Source of the DNA: Longimicrobiales bacterium
Lineage (GTDB): Bacteria > Gemmatimonadota > Gemmatimonadetes > Longimicrobiales > Gaopeijiaceae
Assembly: GCA_965219445.1 (NCBI GenBank)
Contig: CBDCNQ010000001.1
Coordinates: 240,754 to 304,753 of the forward strand
DNA length: 64,000 nucleotides
Direction: 5' to 3'
Shown here: piece after piece, positions 1-10,296 of the stretch
Layout of the letters: each line of letters begins with the position of its first letter
How positions within the stretch are numbered: position 1 is the stretch's first letter
Position numbers and translations under genes: made by a program
Notes under the pieces: generated by a model
Seen by the model: only the letters and a program-made list of their open reading frames with translations
Told to the model about the DNA's origin: nothing
Databases searched by the model: none

Positions 1-96
1 GTCCGCTCCCTGGGGAAGGCTATCACAAAGATACTCAGTGAAATTCCGTAATGCACTCAGTTCCCGCACGCACCTACTAGCTTTTTTGATCCAGAG

Positions 97-1776
97 CTAA
101 CGCGCAAGCCTCTTGTACTTGATCCGATGGGGTTGTTCAGCCTCTGCACCGAGCCTTTTTCGCCGTTCCTCCTCATATTCGTGGTAGTTCCCTTCGAACC
201 ACAGGACCTGGCTTCCTCCCTCGAAGGCCAGGATGTGGGTTGCGATCCGATCCAGGAACCAGCGGTCGTGTGAAATGACCATGACCGATCCCGCGAATGA
301 GAGCAAGGCCTCTTCAAGCGCACGGAGTGTATCGACATCGAGATCGTTCGTCGGCTCATCGAGCAGCATGAGATTACCACCCTCTTTCAGCAATTTCGCC
401 AAGTGGAGCCGATTCCGTTCTCCGCCGGAGAGCACGCCCACCTTCTTTTGTTGCTCCGCCCCCCGAAAGTTGAACCAGGACAGGTAGGCTCTCGGATTCA
501 CATCGACTCGGCCGAACTTGAGGACTTCCCTTCCCTCCACCACCTCCTCAAAGACTGACTTGTCCGGATCCAGGGCGGATCTCGATTGATCGACGTATGC
601 GAGCTTGACGGTCTTTCCCAGCCGGACTGATCCCGCGTCGGGCTCTTCCTGTCCGGTGATCATCCGGAAGAGAGTGGTCTTTCCCGCCCCATTGGGGCCG
701 ATGATTCCGGCGACGGCGCCCGGGGGAAGGGTGAACGCAAGGCCATCCATCAGGAGGTGATCGCCGAAGCCCTTCCTGACCCCGTCGCACACGACGACGT
801 CGTTCCCTAAGCGGGGCCCCTTCGGTATGAGGATCTCGGCGGTGCGAATCTGTTCCCGCTCATCCTGCGCCAGAAGCTCCTCGTAGGCACCGATCCGAGC
901 CTTACCCTTGGCGTGCCGCGCCCGAGGTGCCATACGGATCCACTCCAACTCGCGAGCGAGCGAGCTCTGGCGCGCAGATACGTGCTTCTCCTCCACACGC
1001 AGCCGCTCTCTCTTCTGTTCCAGCCACGAGGAGTAGTTCCCCTTCCACGGGACACCCTCTCCACGATCCAGCTCGAGAATCCACTGAGCCACGTTATCGA
1101 GGAAGTATCGATCATGTGTGATCGCCACGATGGTTCCGGAAAATTCACTCAAATATCGTTCGAGCCAGGCGACCGATTCAGCGTCGAGATGGTTGGTCGG
1201 CTCGTCGAGCAGGAGCATGTCGGGCTCTTCGAGTAGAACCTTGCACAAGGCGACTCTCCTGCATTCTCCGCCGGACAAGGTGGTCACGTCCGCGTCCGGA
1301 GGCGGGAGGCGAAGGGCATCCATGGCGATCTCGACTCGACGGTCCAAATCCCAAGCGTTGGATGCATCGATCCGGTCCTGGAGGCGGGCCTGCTTTGCGA
1401 TGAGTTCCTCCATTTCCTCATCCGTCATCGGCTCGGCGAATTTCATGCTGACCTCTTCGAACTCGTCGAGAAGGTTCCGGGTCTCTCGAACGGCCTCGTC
1501 GACGTTGCCCCGGACGTCGAACCCAGGATCGAGTTCGGGCTCCTGAGGCAGATAGCCGATTTTCGTGCCCTTGGCCGCCCAGGCCTCACCGAGGAAATCA
1601 TCGTCCAGTCCCGCCATGATCTTGAGCAGCGTGCTCTTGCCCGAGCCGTTGAGACCGACCACACCGATCTTCGCTCCGTGAAAGAAGGACAACCAAATAC
1701 CCTTCAGGATTTCTCGCTTGGGGGGGACGATCTTGCGGAGATCCTTCATCACGAAGATGAACTGCTGATCGTTCAT
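97..1776 (-). CDS. ettA: Energy-dependent translational throttle protein EttA (ABC-F)
   Basis: Two ABC domains ([40 protein letters not shown]), no TM segments, typical EttA ends ([20 protein letters not shown]). Start moved to ATG 1776 (MNDQQFIF). Confidence 0.95.
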   Translation of the reverse strand: MNDQQFIFVMKDLRKIVPPKREILKGIWLSFFHGAKIGVVGLNGSGKSTLLKIMAGLDDDFLGEAWAAKGTKIGYLPQEPELDPGFDVRGNVDEAVRETRNLLDEFEEVSMKFAEPMTDEEMEELIAKQARLQDRIDASNAWDLDRRVEIAMDALRLPPPDADVTTLSGGECRRVALCKVLLEEPDMLLLDEPTNHLDAESVAWLERYLSEFSGTIVAITHDRYFLDNVAQWILELDRGEGVPWKGNYSSWLEQKRERLRVEEKHVSARQSSLARELEWIRMAPRARHAKGKARIGAYEELLAQDEREQIRTAEILIPKGPRLGNDVVVCDGVRKGFGDHLLMDGLAFTLPPGAVAGIIGPNGAGKTTLFRMITGQEEPDAGSVRLGKTVKLAYVDQSRSALDPDKSVFEEVVEGREVLKFGRVDVNPRAYLSWFNFRGAEQQKKVGVLSGGERNRLHLAKLLKEGGNLMLLDEPTNDLDVDTLRALEEALLSFAGSVMVISHDRWFLDRIATHILAFEGGSQVLWFEGNYHEYEEERRKRLGAEAEQPHRIKYKRLAR

Positions 1777-1911
1777 ACGTTTCTGGAAGGCCGTTGAAGG
1801 AGTACAGTGGGCCGTGTTACGCCACTTCTTCAACAGCCTTCTGATCGAGAGGGTGACACGGAAGGGTGCGTCGGGACGGACAATCTAACGGGCGGGAAAA
1901 CAGTCCGAAAT

Positions 1912-3156
1912 CTAGGCTGCCACGAACAGCCCAGTGGCGTACATGACGATCAGTCCGCCCACCAACCCGGCTGCGTTCAGCGGGCCCCTCAGCCCCTCTC
2001 CATGAGATCCCATGGTCCTGCCGAGCACCCCGATGACCTGGACGATGGCTCCGGCGCCGATCGCCAAGAAGAGAACACTGGCCGTCGGTGAGTAGGAAAA
2101 TCCTCCGATCCAAGTGCCGAGAATCGTGGGAACTCCCGCGATGAGGCCGAGGATGGCCAGCTGCACCAGGGACGGCCGTGAACGAGCCAGCGGCGCTACG
2201 ATGCCGAGTCCCTCTGTCGTGTTGTGGAGCAGAAATCCGAAGACCAAGCTGGTCCCTAGCGCTACCTCTCCGATCGCATACGAGGAACCGATCGCGAGGC
2301 CCTCTCCGAGGTTGTGGAGCCCGATCCCGACGGCGATCAGGGCGGATAGGCCCAGAGGACTGAGCGCGGAGTCACGCCGGCCCATGACGCTCACGGCGTG
2401 AATGACCAGCGGAGTACCGACCACTCCCAGCACAATGAGGCCGACCCCCTGAAACGCCGAGGCCACCTGGCCTGACAAGTCGAAGGCTCCCTCCAGCGCA
2501 TCCACCCCTATGAAGAGCAGCAGACCTACCGTGAAGCTGAGGAAAAAATCCACCCAACGCGGACCCACACCGGCAAGAAACGGCAGCCACAACAGTCCCA
2601 AGAACACGGGGATGACGCCCACATACGCGCCCAGAAGGGCGAAGGTGACAACGTAGGATCGGGTGATCTGCGGAGACTGGGTGGCCACAGCCACTTCCTG
2701 CGTGAAGGTGACCCCAGTTGAGCTTAGGACCGAGATCGCCAGAGGGTCGCCGTCGACCCATGGGTAGGGGACCTCTACCACAATGTCGTCGAGACGGCCG
2801 ACGAGGCGGTCCGGTGCGACCGTATGCTCCCAGTAGGCGTCGTCCACGATCACCTGCGCGACCGTGACGGGCTCCGGGCCGCCGTTGACCATATGGATGC
2901 GGATCAGGCCGGGCTCGGGAAATGCGATCCGTTCAAAGGTGAGTTCCTCGATTGGCGGAAATGCGGCCCGGAATACGCCAACGGGCCCAACGCGGCCGAA
3001 CACTACCAGTAGGGCCGCCAGGGCGAGCAGTGGGAACAGGCCCTTGGCGGCCAGGGCCTTGCGCCCCTGAGGAGCCGGGCCGGCCGTGGCATCCGACGGC
3101 GGGGCACCGGTCGCCTGACCGTCACCCGTATCCGTAAGGCTCGTGCCGGAGGTCAA
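1912..3156 (-). CDS. ZIP-family divalent metal transporter with N-terminal extracytoplasmic beta-rich domain
   Basis: Multiple TM helices with ZIP motifs GIGLHNLGEG and LLHNTTEG; soluble ~100-aa domain after TM1. Likely TTG start at 3156 overlapping the MCO stop (TTGA). Confidence 0.85.
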   Translation of the reverse strand: MTSGTSLTDTGDGQATGAPPSDATAGPAPQGRKALAAKGLFPLLALAALLVVFGRVGPVGVFRAAFPPIEELTFERIAFPEPGLIRIHMVNGGPEPVTVAQVIVDDAYWEHTVAPDRLVGRLDDIVVEVPYPWVDGDPLAISVLSSTGVTFTQEVAVATQSPQITRSYVVTFALLGAYVGVIPVFLGLLWLPFLAGVGPRWVDFFLSFTVGLLLFIGVDALEGAFDLSGQVASAFQGVGLIVLGVVGTPLVIHAVSVMGRRDSALSPLGLSALIAVGIGLHNLGEGLAIGSSYAIGEVALGTSLVFGFLLHNTTEGLGIVAPLARSRPSLVQLAILGLIAGVPTILGTWIGGFSYSPTASVLFLAIGAGAIVQVIGVLGRTMGSHGEGLRGPLNAAGLVGGLIVMYATGLFVAA

Positions 3157-4205
3157 ACCAGGGTACGCGGCTTGACGTCGAGAATGCCCATCCACCCGAG
3201 CTCGGCGAATTCGCTTTGGTGGGCATGAAACATGTACCTCCCAGGGTGATCGTAGGTGAACTCGAGGACCGCGCGTTCACCCTGGCACAGCATCACCGTG
3301 TCGGTCCACTCATAACGTTCGAGGTCCGTTCCGGTGCGGTAGAGGCGGAAGAAATTTCCGTGCAGGTGGAACGAGTTGAGCAGATCGAACTCGGTCATGT
3401 TGCCGAGGTAAACCCGCACCAGCTCCCCCTGCTCGATCTCGATGGGATGCCTCTGGTAATGATGCGCCACCGTGTTTACGGCATAGACCTCGTTGTCTCC
3501 GTCGAAATTGGTATCGAAGCCGTTCATCAGCATCATCATTTCGTTGGCTTCTGCCCTTTCCTCCGGCGGATCTACGATGAACGCGCCGTACAGACCCTTG
3601 TGGATGTGGCGCTTCAAGGGGAGGGAGTGGCAATGATAGAGGTGGAACCCCATCGGAGCCGCGTCGAACTCGTATACGAATGTCTCTCCGGGCTCGACAA
3701 CTTCGAAAACGCCATCCATCGCTGCGGTGTGGATCCCGTGGAAGTGGATCGTGTGTGGGTGACTTCCCGCGTTGGTGAAGTTCACCTTCAGCCGATCCCC
3801 CTCAGTGCAACGGAGGGTCGGTCCGGGGACCGTGCCGTTGTAGGTCCACGCGGCGAAGTGTACACCCGGCGCGACCTCGATTTCACGATCCACTGCGGTG
3901 ATGGAGTATTCCCGCTGAATCCGGCCGGCCGAGAGCCTCGACACGCTGCCGTAGTTGAAATCCTTGAGGAACGCAGTGGCGTCGAATCCGGCCGGATCCA
4001 CGTCACCCTCGACCCCGGCGAGCCCTGGGTTGTGGGCTCCGCCGGCCCCGTTGAGCGTCGGCTCTGCTTCGACCGGCCTCACTCCAGCCAGCGCCCCTGC
4101 CCCGGCCGCCAGGCCGACGGCCCCGGCCACTCCCGACCTAAAAAGGTCGCGACGTGAGATCCCGGCATGCGCTTGGCCACCCTTTTCGTCTTGCCTGTCG
4201 CCCAC
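3153..4205 (-). CDS. Tat-exported two-domain multicopper oxidase
   Basis: Twin-arginine signal SRRDLF plus hydrophobic stretch; copper motifs HPHTIHFHG, YHCH..RHIHKGL, SFHLHG, FHAH. Probable GTG start at 4205 after AGGAAG. Confidence 0.88.
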   Translation of the reverse strand: MGDRQDEKGGQAHAGISRRDLFRSGVAGAVGLAAGAGALAGVRPVEAEPTLNGAGGAHNPGLAGVEGDVDPAGFDATAFLKDFNYGSVSRLSAGRIQREYSITAVDREIEVAPGVHFAAWTYNGTVPGPTLRCTEGDRLKVNFTNAGSHPHTIHFHGIHTAAMDGVFEVVEPGETFVYEFDAAPMGFHLYHCHSLPLKRHIHKGLYGAFIVDPPEERAEANEMMMLMNGFDTNFDGDNEVYAVNTVAHHYQRHPIEIEQGELVRVYLGNMTEFDLLNSFHLHGNFFRLYRTGTDLERYEWTDTVMLCQGERAVLEFTYDHPGRYMFHAHQSEFAELGWMGILDVKPRTLV

Positions 4206-4237
4206 GCTGACTTCCTGGTTAAGGTTCCCCCAATACA

Positions 4238-4282
4238 AAAATTAGTCGTGCCTAATTTTCAACCAAGCAAGCGGCTTGTCAA
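4238..4282 (-). promoter_or_regulatory. Sigma70-type promoter of the MCO-ZIP operon overlapped by a DtxR/MntR-type palindromic operator
   Basis: Minus-strand TTGACA (4282-4277) with a weak -10 (GAAAAT, 4260-4255); perfect inverted repeat AAAATTAG-N6-CTAATTTT at 4238-4259. Confidence 0.7.
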
Positions 4283-4354
4283 GAGTGTCTCATTGAAAGT
4301 CGGGCAAATCGCTGTAGACTCGACCGGTGGTGGCCGACCTAAAGGGCGGATTTT

Positions 4355-5641
4355 ATGATTGGGATCGTTGGGGGCGGAATCTCAGGCTTGGTTCTCGCGT
4401 TTGAGCTTCGCCGTCTGGGCGTCGAGGTCGTTGTTTGGGAGGCGGCGAGCGTTCCAGGCGGGGTCATGCGATCCCAGCTCCACGGGGATCTCGTACTGGA
4501 AATGGGCCCTCAGAGAGCACGGCTGAGCGGTCCGTTCCGGCAGCTCATCGAGAGTGTGGAGCTAACCGAGGATTTGATCACAGCACCCGCGGATCTTCCA
4601 CTGTATGTGTATCATCGAGGCCGATTGCGGCGGGCTCCTCTTTCCTTCTCACAGGCCGTGACCACTGATCTTCTTCCGTGGTGGGCCAAGCTGCGAGTGC
4701 TGGCCGAGCCCTTCACCGCGGGCCCCAGGGCAGATGATCGGGTGGGACCCTTCTTACGGAGGAAGTTCGGCGGGACCGCGTATCGAGCCCTGTTGGGGCC
4801 CCTCTATGGTGGCCTTTACGCCTCCGATCCGGATCGGATGCCGGTCAAGCACGCGCTCCAAAGGACCCTGGTGGAGCTTGGTGTCCGGAGAAGTATCCTA
4901 TGGCGGATGTTCCGTAGCGCAGGGCGGGCGGCCGAATCCGCGCCCTGCTCCTTCCGGGAAGGGATGGGATCGCTTCCGCTGGCGATCAGTCGTAAGCTGG
5001 AGGGTAGTGTCCGGCTAGAGGCCCCGGTGCGAACGCTGCGGAGGAAGGCGGACGGGTGGGACGTCGCCCTGGATGGCTCAGAAGTCCTGGGGGCTGAGGC
5101 GGTGGTCTTGGCGTGCCCCTCTGATGCCGCCGCCCGCCTCCTCGGGGACGCCTATCCGGAAGAGGCGGCCCGGCTCTCGGCTCTTCGGTACAACCGGCTC
5201 GCCCTCGTATACCTCGAGTCCGGAGCGGAACTCCGAGGGCTCGGTTACCAAGTAGCCTTCGGGGAGTCCCTCGAGACAAGGGGTGTGACCTGGAACGACA
5301 GCCTCTTCGGACGTCCGGGCCTGTTTACCGCTTACTTGGGGGGAATGGAGAACCCTGAACTACCCGGCTGGGATGATGAGCGGATTGCGGAGATCGCCCG
5401 CAAAGAGTTCGAAGTCGTCACCGGCCATCGGGCGGAGGTGGTTCATGTTTCTCGAACCCGGATCCCCGCATGGGACGAGACGTGGGATGGTCTCGAAGGG
5501 GCCGAGTGGCCCCCGGACCTGCACATTTGCTCGAACTACACGGCACGCCCGGGGATCTTGGGCAGAATCACCGACGCTCAGCGCTTGGCGGCTACACTCG
5601 TGAAAGAGTACCCGCCCAGATCGATCAGTCCGCAGCGTTGA
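4355..5641 (+). CDS. hemY: Protoporphyrinogen/coproporphyrinogen oxidase (HemY type)
   Basis: FAD-binding IVGGGISGL, GG..S..G...E.GP, LYGGLYASDP, SFREGM; convergent with ferrochelatase. Confidence 0.88.
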   Translation: MIGIVGGGISGLVLAFELRRLGVEVVVWEAASVPGGVMRSQLHGDLVLEMGPQRARLSGPFRQLIESVELTEDLITAPADLPLYVYHRGRLRRAPLSFSQAVTTDLLPWWAKLRVLAEPFTAGPRADDRVGPFLRRKFGGTAYRALLGPLYGGLYASDPDRMPVKHALQRTLVELGVRRSILWRMFRSAGRAAESAPCSFREGMGSLPLAISRKLEGSVRLEAPVRTLRRKADGWDVALDGSEVLGAEAVVLACPSDAAARLLGDAYPEEAARLSALRYNRLALVYLESGAELRGLGYQVAFGESLETRGVTWNDSLFGRPGLFTAYLGGMENPELPGWDDERIAEIARKEFEVVTGHRAEVVHVSRTRIPAWDETWDGLEGAEWPPDLHICSNYTARPGILGRITDAQRLAATLVKEYPPRSISPQR

Positions 5642-6659
5642 GGCAAAACGTGGCTGGAGTAGCCCGGCAGAGGCACCGGCGCAGACCCAGCTCACCCATG
5701 ATCGGCTCGGGCCGAAGCACATCTTCCACGAGATCGGTGAGGAGCTCCGCGAAGGTGGGATCATCGTGGGGAATGGGTATGCGGTGGAACTCCAGGCCGG
5801 CTTCCTCAGCAGTCTCGCGGAGTTCACCATCCAGCTCCGCCAACGTTTCGGACTGCTCGTGCATGAAGCTCACCGCATCGACAATGATTCGAGACGCATC
5901 GATTTCCCGGACTACAGCTTCGACTTCGGGCGTGGTCCATTCGATGTCACGGTTCGTGTGGTTCTGGTATCCGAGCGAGTAATCGCGGATGCCGAGTTCC
6001 CGGGCCACATTACGGCACGTCTCTTCGACGTACTCCACATACCGTGGGCCATCCTCCAAGTACTTGAGCGGCGTACCGTGAGCGGAAAAGACCAGTCTGG
6101 TATCCGACGCGTGGAGGTCGACTCCCTCCTGTTTCACATAGTCTAGAATCGCGTTCGCGCGGAGTCGTCGATACGCTGGGTGCCGATGCCAGCCCGTGAT
6201 CTCACGGAGGGTCACGTCCCACGAGAGTTCAGTGACAGCGGCTTGAACGTCTTCCAGGGCCGCCACCGTAGTGGACATACCGCAGAGCGGATAGATAGGA
6301 AGGGCCACGAGTTGCTCGACGGCGTCGGCTTGCGCCTGGGCTACGGCTTCACCGACCGAGGGCCCCGTAAACTGCATGCCCGAGTAACAATGCACGTCCA
6401 AACCTCGCCGGCGAAGAATTCGTTCGACCATGCGAGCCTGTTTGTGGGCCTGGTGGTTCATCGGGGATCCACCGATCTCCTTGTATTCCTTGATCAGGCC
6501 GGGTGCCCGCGCCTCGGCGAGTTTTCGCGCGTGACCCTTCCCCTTGTCGGATTCCAGGGACGAGTTCCGAGTGAAAATACGTTCCAGAAAAGGGATGACT
6601 TCCTTGAGCGTGGGATTCTCGGGCTCACCGAAGTTGAGTATCAAGACACCGATCTTCAT
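5625..6659 (-). CDS. hemH: Ferrochelatase (proto- or coproporphyrin), Cys-rich C-terminus
   Basis: KIGVLILNFGEP, YKEIGGSP, LPIYP, FSAHGTP, F..EQSETL.ELD; C-terminal CLC..C. Start at ATG 6659. Confidence 0.92.
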   Translation of the reverse strand: MKIGVLILNFGEPENPTLKEVIPFLERIFTRNSSLESDKGKGHARKLAEARAPGLIKEYKEIGGSPMNHQAHKQARMVERILRRRGLDVHCYSGMQFTGPSVGEAVAQAQADAVEQLVALPIYPLCGMSTTVAALEDVQAAVTELSWDVTLREITGWHRHPAYRRLRANAILDYVKQEGVDLHASDTRLVFSAHGTPLKYLEDGPRYVEYVEETCRNVARELGIRDYSLGYQNHTNRDIEWTTPEVEAVVREIDASRIIVDAVSFMHEQSETLAELDGELRETAEEAGLEFHRIPIPHDDPTFAELLTDLVEDVLRPEPIMGELGLRRCLCRATPATFCLNAAD

Positions 6660-6816
6660 TGATGAAGGTCCGGTTTCCGTATCGGGAAATGCGGGTGCGA
6701 GGGACAGGAACGGGGCGGCAGAGGGCCCAAGTAAGCCAAACCAGACACGCACCACCAAGGCCGGAAACGTACGTGCTTGCGAAGCTCTGATCCAACGTGC
6801 GAGCCGGATACTCCGC

Positions 6817-9800
6817 TCAGTTGCTCGGGGTCCTCGACAATGCCCGGTAGTATTCCTCGACCAAGCGTCGGAAGCCTGTGGGGACCTCATCGGAGCCGGA
6901 TACGAAGACCCGATCTTGCCCCTCCCCCTCCAGCTCACGCCGCAAGCCGAACTCCAACTGCCTCAGTCCCTCGACGATCTGCGACTGGAGTCGATTCAAC
7001 TCAGCCAGATCCAAGTAGACGTTCTCGCGGTCTAACTCCCTCAGGGCCCCGATCACCTCGCCGAGCTGTTGCTGGTTCAGATCCTCCTCTTCGAGGATGC
7101 GCTGCAGTTCAATCGCCTCCTGGATGCGTTGCCGAGCCTCGCTACGGAACTGCCGGATGTCTCCACGTGAGAGACGGCCGCCTCTCGTGTTGGCATAAGC
7201 GCCGCCGTTCGTACCGTAGGCGCCTTCATCTTGGCCGATCTGCCCGTCCGCGCCGCCCTGACCTCCCTGTTGGCCTCCTTGCTGACCTTGGCCCTCCTGA
7301 CCCTGTTGGCCTTGCTGACCCTGCTGGCCTTGCTGACCCTGGCTCTGTTGATTCTCGTCGCCCTGGCCTTGTTCTCCCCGCTCACCGAGTCTGCGTGAAA
7401 GCGACTCGGCACCCCGCGAGAGGTCTCTTGCTCGGTCGAGCGCTTCCGCCCGGCGGTCCGATTGGTTCTCGCCAATCGCGTCGTTCGCCCTCTGCAATTC
7501 CTGTTCGAGCTCCTCGACGATTCGGGTAGTTTCGGCCTCGAACTCGTTCGTGTACTCACGGTCCTGGACGCCGATAAGGCCCCGGGAATAACGGATACGT
7601 TCCTTGAGCTTGTCGTCCCGTATCGTAGTTGCGGCCTCGCGCAACCGATCCGATGCCTCCCTCTGGTCGGCTCGCGCGTCGCTTGTCAGCCGGTCGATCT
7701 CCCGTTCAAGGTCGGCGACTTCCTCGTTCATCGCTTCCTTGCGCTCGAATAGGCGTCTTCCAGCCTCCGTGCCAGGCCCGTCACTCGCCTCGCCGAGGCG
7801 GTCCATGTCCGCTTCGATATCACGCTGTTCCCGAACCAGATCTTCCGCTCTTTCTTGGGCCTCTTCGACGTCGGTGCGGAGCCGATCCAGACGATCTCGT
7901 TCCAGGCGCCGCTGCACATCTTCCAATCGATCGAGGGCCGAGTTGGCGTCAGCCGTCGCGGCGCTCCCTGCCGCGGCTGCCGCGCGGCGCATATCCCCAG
8001 CCGCCTCTTGGAGTCGCCGGGAAGCGTCCATCAACTGCTGGTCGTTGGTGTCGCGGGCCAAGCGCTCGAGACGGCGGGCCGCCTCCTCAGTCTCGTCGGC
8101 GAGCTCACGCTGACTCGCATCACCGGCTCCGCCAGAGGCGCCTCCCTGCTGGGCGGCGGCCCTGCGCTGCCGCTCGGCCTGCTGCTGCTGCCGCCTTGCG
8201 AGTTCCTTCAGATCCTCCATCGTCTCTTCGAGCTGGTCACCGGCCTGCCGGCGCTCACCTCGCTCGACGGTCTCGTACTGGTTCTTGAGCTTATCGAGCT
8301 CGAGCTCGAAGAGATCGGCCAGGTCGTCTGCTCTCGCGCCACCGCCGCCGCCACCGCCGCCACCCTGCTGCCCCTGACTGACCTCTACCTCATAGTTCTC
8401 CTCCGCCTTCTGGAGCTGCAGGAGCGCTCTGAGCTCAGGTGAGATCGCCTCCTGAAGCTCCCCGTCCGCGAGGACTTCTTCCGCGGCCTCCATTTCAGCG
8501 ATGGCCTTGCTCAGCAACTCGGCGATCTTCTGAAACTCGGAATCGTTCCCAAGGCCGCGAGACGTCAGCCGCTGCAGCAGTCCCGCCACCTGCTCCCGCG
8601 CGCGGCCCTGGGCCAAGCGCACACTGACCAGGTTCTCCTGGAACTCAGTTTCACTGTAACGCTCGCGGTCTCGCACCAGGTTGTACGTGGCTGCGACAAC
8701 CTGCTCTTGGAGCTCGGAGAGAGCACGCTCTTCCTGCCCACCGCCACCGCCGCCGCCGCCACCCTGCTCGGCCTGGCGGAAGTCGACACGGAAAGGCCGG
8801 ATCGTGAGGAAATAGATGTCGCTCTTTGCGGCGCGGCTCTCTGGCCCCGGATTGCTGTCCTCGACTTGTGCGTAGTAAGCGACGAGGTCACCAGATTCGA
8901 GGCCGAATTCCTCGAGAAAAAGCGTGTGCCCCGCAGTAATCTCCGGTGTCGGACGGTCGTCGAACAGCCGAACCGTGTCTTCGGGGCCACCGTTGACCGA
9001 ATACATGAGAAGCAACTCGGAGACCCCGTAGTCGTCGTCGGCTCTCGCCTCGACGTAGAATTCCTCGATCGGACTCGCGTTCTCATCGCGCCCGGGCTTG
9101 GAAAACGACACAGACGGTGGTTGATCCGTGAGGACGTCGATCGTGTATTGGGGAGAGGCTGGAACGAGTCCTCCGCTTGCCCTCGCCAAAGCGACTTCAT
9201 AATACCCCTCGCGCTCGACGGTCAGGCTCGCTGTCCACGTGCCATCCCCTTCGTCCGTGAGTTCCACCGCCTCACCGTCGACGAGGAGTTGCCCACCGGG
9301 CGTGAGCATCGTGGGGAAGACTCTCAGCCTCACGACCGTCCCACGGAGCGCGGCGATGTCGCCGCCGAACTCGACCGTCCGAGGAGCGAGCCCTGAGTAG
9401 GCGGGAAAGCGATATTCCAACTCGAGATGCTCTACATATGGAAGATCGGCCACCTCAATTCGGTGTGTGGCCGAGCGAATGCCGCTGGACTCCACAAAGT
9501 AATCGGTGTTCTCGTCCAGGCCGAGAAGGAGGAGCTCGAAGCCCTCCGCTCCGTCCGTGAGCATCGATAGCTGGTCGAACACGTCCGAGGACTCCCCTCG
9601 GAAAAAGATCTGCACGTCCTCGGTCTCAAAGCCTTGGAGCTCAGCTGTGACGAGCTGATCAGATCCTCGAGCAATCGTGACGTCACCGGGGCTCACCGAA
9701 ATCGAATACGGGTTCACCGTCCCCGCATCCCGCGTGGGCAGGAGAAGGGCCGCTGCCCCATTGCGGAGTTGACTCGGTCCCAGGAGCAGTAACGCGAGCG

Positions 9801-10296
9801 AGCCGAGTGCCATCGCGGCTAGTGCTCCCGAGGCCCGGTAAAGACCCTTTTGCTCAACCCGGCGCCCAAAATCGACATCGCTCGCTCGCTCGAGCGCATT
9901 CTCGACGAGTCGTCTTTCGAGGGCCTCCGAGGCCGGGTCCGACCCGGATGCCGTCTCGAGTGCGGCCAGCACCGAGGTCTCGAGCGAGGGCTCGTTCTCT
10001 TCCAGGTAGAGGGCGGCCTGCTCGTCGGAGACCCTCCGCGCGAGTGGCCAAACGAGGAAGCGGGCCGTCAGTCCGGCTGCGACGATCCACAGGATCACAC
10101 GGAACGCGACGACCGATGAGGCACTGAAACGTGAGACTTCGAGCCCATAGACAGATAGGAGGAACGCGAGTAAACCAGCGCCGAGCACAATGGCCATTCC
10201 GCGGACCGCGATACGTGCACGCCACCGCCTGCGAATCTTGCGAACGATGGCGAGGACCCGGTCGTGAAGAATGCCCTTATGTGCTGCTCGGTACAT
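6817..10296 (-). CDS. Large membrane-anchored protein: 3 TM, Ig-like beta domains, long coiled-coil with Gln/Gly-rich linkers (DUF4175-like)
   Basis: N-terminal TMs, DQPPSV.F..PG.D and ADDDYGV motifs, helical tail ending VP.GFRRLVEEYYRALS; ATG 10296 follows GGAGGAG. Confidence 0.75.
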   Translation of the reverse strand: MYRAAHKGILHDRVLAIVRKIRRRWRARIAVRGMAIVLGAGLLAFLLSVYGLEVSRFSASSVVAFRVILWIVAAGLTARFLVWPLARRVSDEQAALYLEENEPSLETSVLAALETASGSDPASEALERRLVENALERASDVDFGRRVEQKGLYRASGALAAMALGSLALLLLGPSQLRNGAAALLLPTRDAGTVNPYSISVSPGDVTIARGSDQLVTAELQGFETEDVQIFFRGESSDVFDQLSMLTDGAEGFELLLLGLDENTDYFVESSGIRSATHRIEVADLPYVEHLELEYRFPAYSGLAPRTVEFGGDIAALRGTVVRLRVFPTMLTPGGQLLVDGEAVELTDEGDGTWTASLTVEREGYYEVALARASGGLVPASPQYTIDVLTDQPPSVSFSKPGRDENASPIEEFYVEARADDDYGVSELLLMYSVNGGPEDTVRLFDDRPTPEITAGHTLFLEEFGLESGDLVAYYAQVEDSNPGPESRAAKSDIYFLTIRPFRVDFRQAEQGGGGGGGGGQEERALSELQEQVVAATYNLVRDRERYSETEFQENLVSVRLAQGRAREQVAGLLQRLTSRGLGNDSEFQKIAELLSKAIAEMEAAEEVLADGELQEAISPELRALLQLQKAEENYEVEVSQGQQGGGGGGGGGARADDLADLFELELDKLKNQYETVERGERRQAGDQLEETMEDLKELARRQQQQAERQRRAAAQQGGASGGAGDASQRELADETEEAARRLERLARDTNDQQLMDASRRLQEAAGDMRRAAAAAGSAATADANSALDRLEDVQRRLERDRLDRLRTDVEEAQERAEDLVREQRDIEADMDRLGEASDGPGTEAGRRLFERKEAMNEEVADLEREIDRLTSDARADQREASDRLREAATTIRDDKLKERIRYSRGLIGVQDREYTNEFEAETTRIVEELEQELQRANDAIGENQSDRRAEALDRARDLSRGAESLSRRLGERGEQGQGDENQQSQGQQGQQGQQGQQGQEGQGQQGGQQGGQGGADGQIGQDEGAYGTNGGAYANTRGGRLSRGDIRQFRSEARQRIQEAIELQRILEEEDLNQQQLGEVIGALRELDRENVYLDLAELNRLQSQIVEGLRQLEFGLRRELEGEGQDRVFVSGSDEVPTGFRRLVEEYYRALSRTPSN

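Noticed and set aside
7255..7375. Short tandem repeats
   Set aside because: They encode the QGQQGQ low-complexity linker of the DUF4175-like protein.
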